Origin: Octopus bimaculoides
Lineage: Eukaryota
Direction: 5' to 3'
Length of the DNA stretch: 60,306 nucleotides
NCBI RefSeq assembly: GCF_001194135.2
Contig: NC_068983.1
Span: forward strand, 119,651,069 to 119,711,374
Positions 57,790-60,306 of this stretch are shown here, in pieces. The position numbers and the translations under genes were made by a program. Under the pieces are notes generated by a model. It saw only the letters and a program-made list of their open reading frames with translations. It did not search any database and was not told where the DNA came from. Within the stretch, counting starts at the first letter, position 1. Every line of letters begins with the position of its first letter.

Positions 57790-60306
57790 ACGCTACATAG
57801 GTGTACATATACATAGACAGATCAACAGATATGTAATTACGTAGTTGAGTAAGGAAATAGAATAATAGCTAGATTGACAGATTTAGAGGTAGATTGGTAG
57901 CTAGATATATAAATAAGTCGGTGGATTTATAGATAAATAGATATTTGGCCATCTACAATAAGTTGATACAATTATAAACGGTAACTGTCAGAAGACATAA
58001 GTATGAAAGGTACAATATGATAAATCTGCTGCATTAAATGTTAGATTATAATTTATAAAATAAAAATGGCGATAATCATTGATTAAATAATCTTCAGACT
58101 ATGTTTGGACCCTCAATTGAAACTGCTTGTCTATAGACGCCATCCGTTTCTTTTGTATTGGTAGTTTCGTATCAGATCGCGTCCTCGTGGCATCTGCTGA
58201 CGGAGAGCGAAGAGACTTCCTTAATCAGCCGTCACAGTTAATTTTTTTTTTTTTTTTTTGCTCCAGATTATTTCTGATCAAGTAAACTTACTATATGATC
58301 AAAGGTGGCCCATCTGTAAACATCACGTATTTTAAGGTCTCAGACTTCATGTCAAATATCAACTTCTTCCAGCTGGAGGGTCACCAGAGATTAAATGAAA
58401 AGTTATTTCATTCGTCAAAGAACAAATTCTCTAAATCATCTCTTAAAAGAGAGCTCAATTAATTTATTGTACACTTAAATTTGTCGTAAACATAAAAGAA
58501 TATATTGTACTTATATAGGCTACATATTACATGGTGTTTAGTCATACAGACAATAACAAGAATAACAGTTTTATTGGTTTTCTACAGTCAAGGGCCCGGG
58601 AACAGGGGGTGCAGCGGGTGCACCCGCACCCCCTAGAATTTTCAGGGGGTGCAAGATCAAAATTTGCACCCCCTACATAATCTTACCAGTTGGAGAAAAA
58701 AAGTGTCTAAAATCTATCGGTATAAAATGCTGAAGTTCGATCTCGTTTCAAAACAAAGAAAAAAATAAATGTATAAATAAATAAAAGTGATGAAGCTAGC
58801 ATAAAATTCCCTAGGGAGTTCTGAAGGCAAGTAGCGTCAAAATACAAAAAAGTAAGTGACAATAACAACAGTAGCAGCAACAATAACAACAACAAAACCA
58901 GCATGTATGGTTAATTTTGAATATATAGCATTACTTGAATTATTGAAGACAGNNNNNNNNNNNNNNNNNNNNNNNNNNNNNNNNNNNNNNNNNNNNNNNN
59001 NNNNNNNNNNNNNNNNNNNNNNNNNNNNNNNNNNNNNNNNNNNNNNNNNNNNNNNNNNNNNNNNNNNNNNNNNNNNNNNNNNNNNNNNNNNNNNNNNNNN
59101 NNNNNNNNNNNNNNNNNNNNNNNNNNNNNNNNNNNNNNNNNNNNNNNNNNNNNNNNNNNNNNNNNNNNNNNNNNNNNNNNNNNNNNNNNNNNNNNNNNNN
59201 NNNNNNNNNNNNNNNNNNNNNNNNNNNNNNNNNNNNNNNNNNNNNNNNNNNNNNNNNNNNNNNNNNNNNNNNNNNNNNNNNNNNNNNNNNNNNNNNNNNN
59301 NNNNNNNNNNNNNNNNNNNNNNNNNNNNNNNNNNNNNNNNNNNNNNNNNNNNNNNNNNNNNNNNNNNNNNNNNNNNNNNNNNNNNNNNNNNNNNNNNNNN
59401 NNNNNNNNNNNNNNNNNNNNNNNNNNNNNNNNNNNNNNNNNNNNNNNNNNNNNNNNNNNNNNNNNNNNNNNNNNNNNNNNNNNNNNNNNNNNNNNNNNNN
59501 NNNNNNNNNNNNNNNNNNNNNNNNNNNNNNNNNNNNNNNNNNNNNNNNNNNNNNNNNNNNNNNNNNNNNNNNNNNNNNNNNNNNNNNNNNNNNNNNNNNN
59601 NNNNNNNNNNNNNNNNNNNNNNNNNNNNNNNNNNNNNNNNNNNNNNNNNNNNNNNNNNNNNNNNNNNNNNNNNNNNNNNNNNNNNNNNNNNNNNNNNNNN
59701 NNNNNNNNNNNNNNNNNNNNNNNNNNNNNNNNNNNNNNNNNNNNNNNNNNNNNNNNNNNNNNNNNNNNNNNNNNNNNNNNNNNNNNNNNNNNNNNNNNNN
59801 NNAGAGAGAGAGAGAGAGGTAGGTAAGTACATATGCAAGCACACATACACATACACGCATGCATATACATACGAATGTATGTATTTGTGTGTCTGTATGT
59901 CACCCCCACTATCGCCTGATAACTAATGTTGATGCGATTATACCCCTGTAACTTGGCGGTTCGAAAAAAGAGGCGATAGAATTAATACGAGGATTCCAAA
60001 GAATAATTCATGGCGTTGATTTCTTCAAATAAAAGACGGTGCTTTGGTATGGCCTATCGTCTTTTGAAGCATATTGGATGGGAGGTCATGTTGCTGTTTT
60101 TGCCAATAAAAACACAAGCATTATTTATGTGATGTTCGCTATTTGTTTTTCAGGTTTTTGTTCGACCAGAGTTCTTTCGTTACAATTCAGTGGCCTTAGA
60201 CGGACTATATGTAATCTGAACCTTTCCCCTCTTATTTATTATTTTTTTTTTTTACGGAATCCCACGTTTTAGGCTATGGAGATTCCGATTCTGAAAAAAA
60301 TTGTTT

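Noticed and set aside
58837-59926. 300-356 aa ORFs (also at 10705-11198, 47872-48525, 50102-50515)
   Set aside because: They are almost entirely N gaps and microsatellites.
56069-60306. A head-to-head cyclooxygenase (PTGS2) neighbour, as in vertebrates
   Set aside because: I recognised no PTGS-like coding sequence in the window, and synteny cannot be judged from it.

Overview
AT-rich, microsatellite- and transposon-dense animal genomic DNA with N gaps. The repeat families suggest an octopus-like cephalopod (inference). One protein-coding gene fills most of the window: a cytosolic phospholipase A2 (PLA2G4A/cPLA2-alpha-like) on the minus strand, about 8053-56068. I reconstructed 16 coding exons by hand, with GT-AG boundaries and consistent phases. 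The first coding exon is only partly visible because its start lies in the N gap at 56069-56241. The protein keeps the C2 domain, GGGFR (R200), GLSGS (S228), VDAG (D549) and the MAPK site YPLSP (S505). It has a D93E calcium-ligand change, an expanded linker and a long C-terminal tail. Introns and flanks hold mariner, maT, hAT, piggyBac, Helitron, CR1, RTE, Penelope, LTR-like and tRNA-SINE remnants. The most unusual signal is three unrelated palindromic elements, each with a pair of outward-facing Penelope-type hammerhead ribozyme motifs. The best preserved (22724-23282) joins divergent tRNA-like Pol III promoters to (AAT)n and a hammerhead. Also notable are a MITE carrying head-to-head telomeric repeats and an LTR-like CCAAT-TATA-Inr module just upstream of the gene. 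Comparisons with human cPLA2 residues and exon sizes come from recalled knowledge and need checking by alignment. Repeat boundaries are approximate unless termini are quoted.
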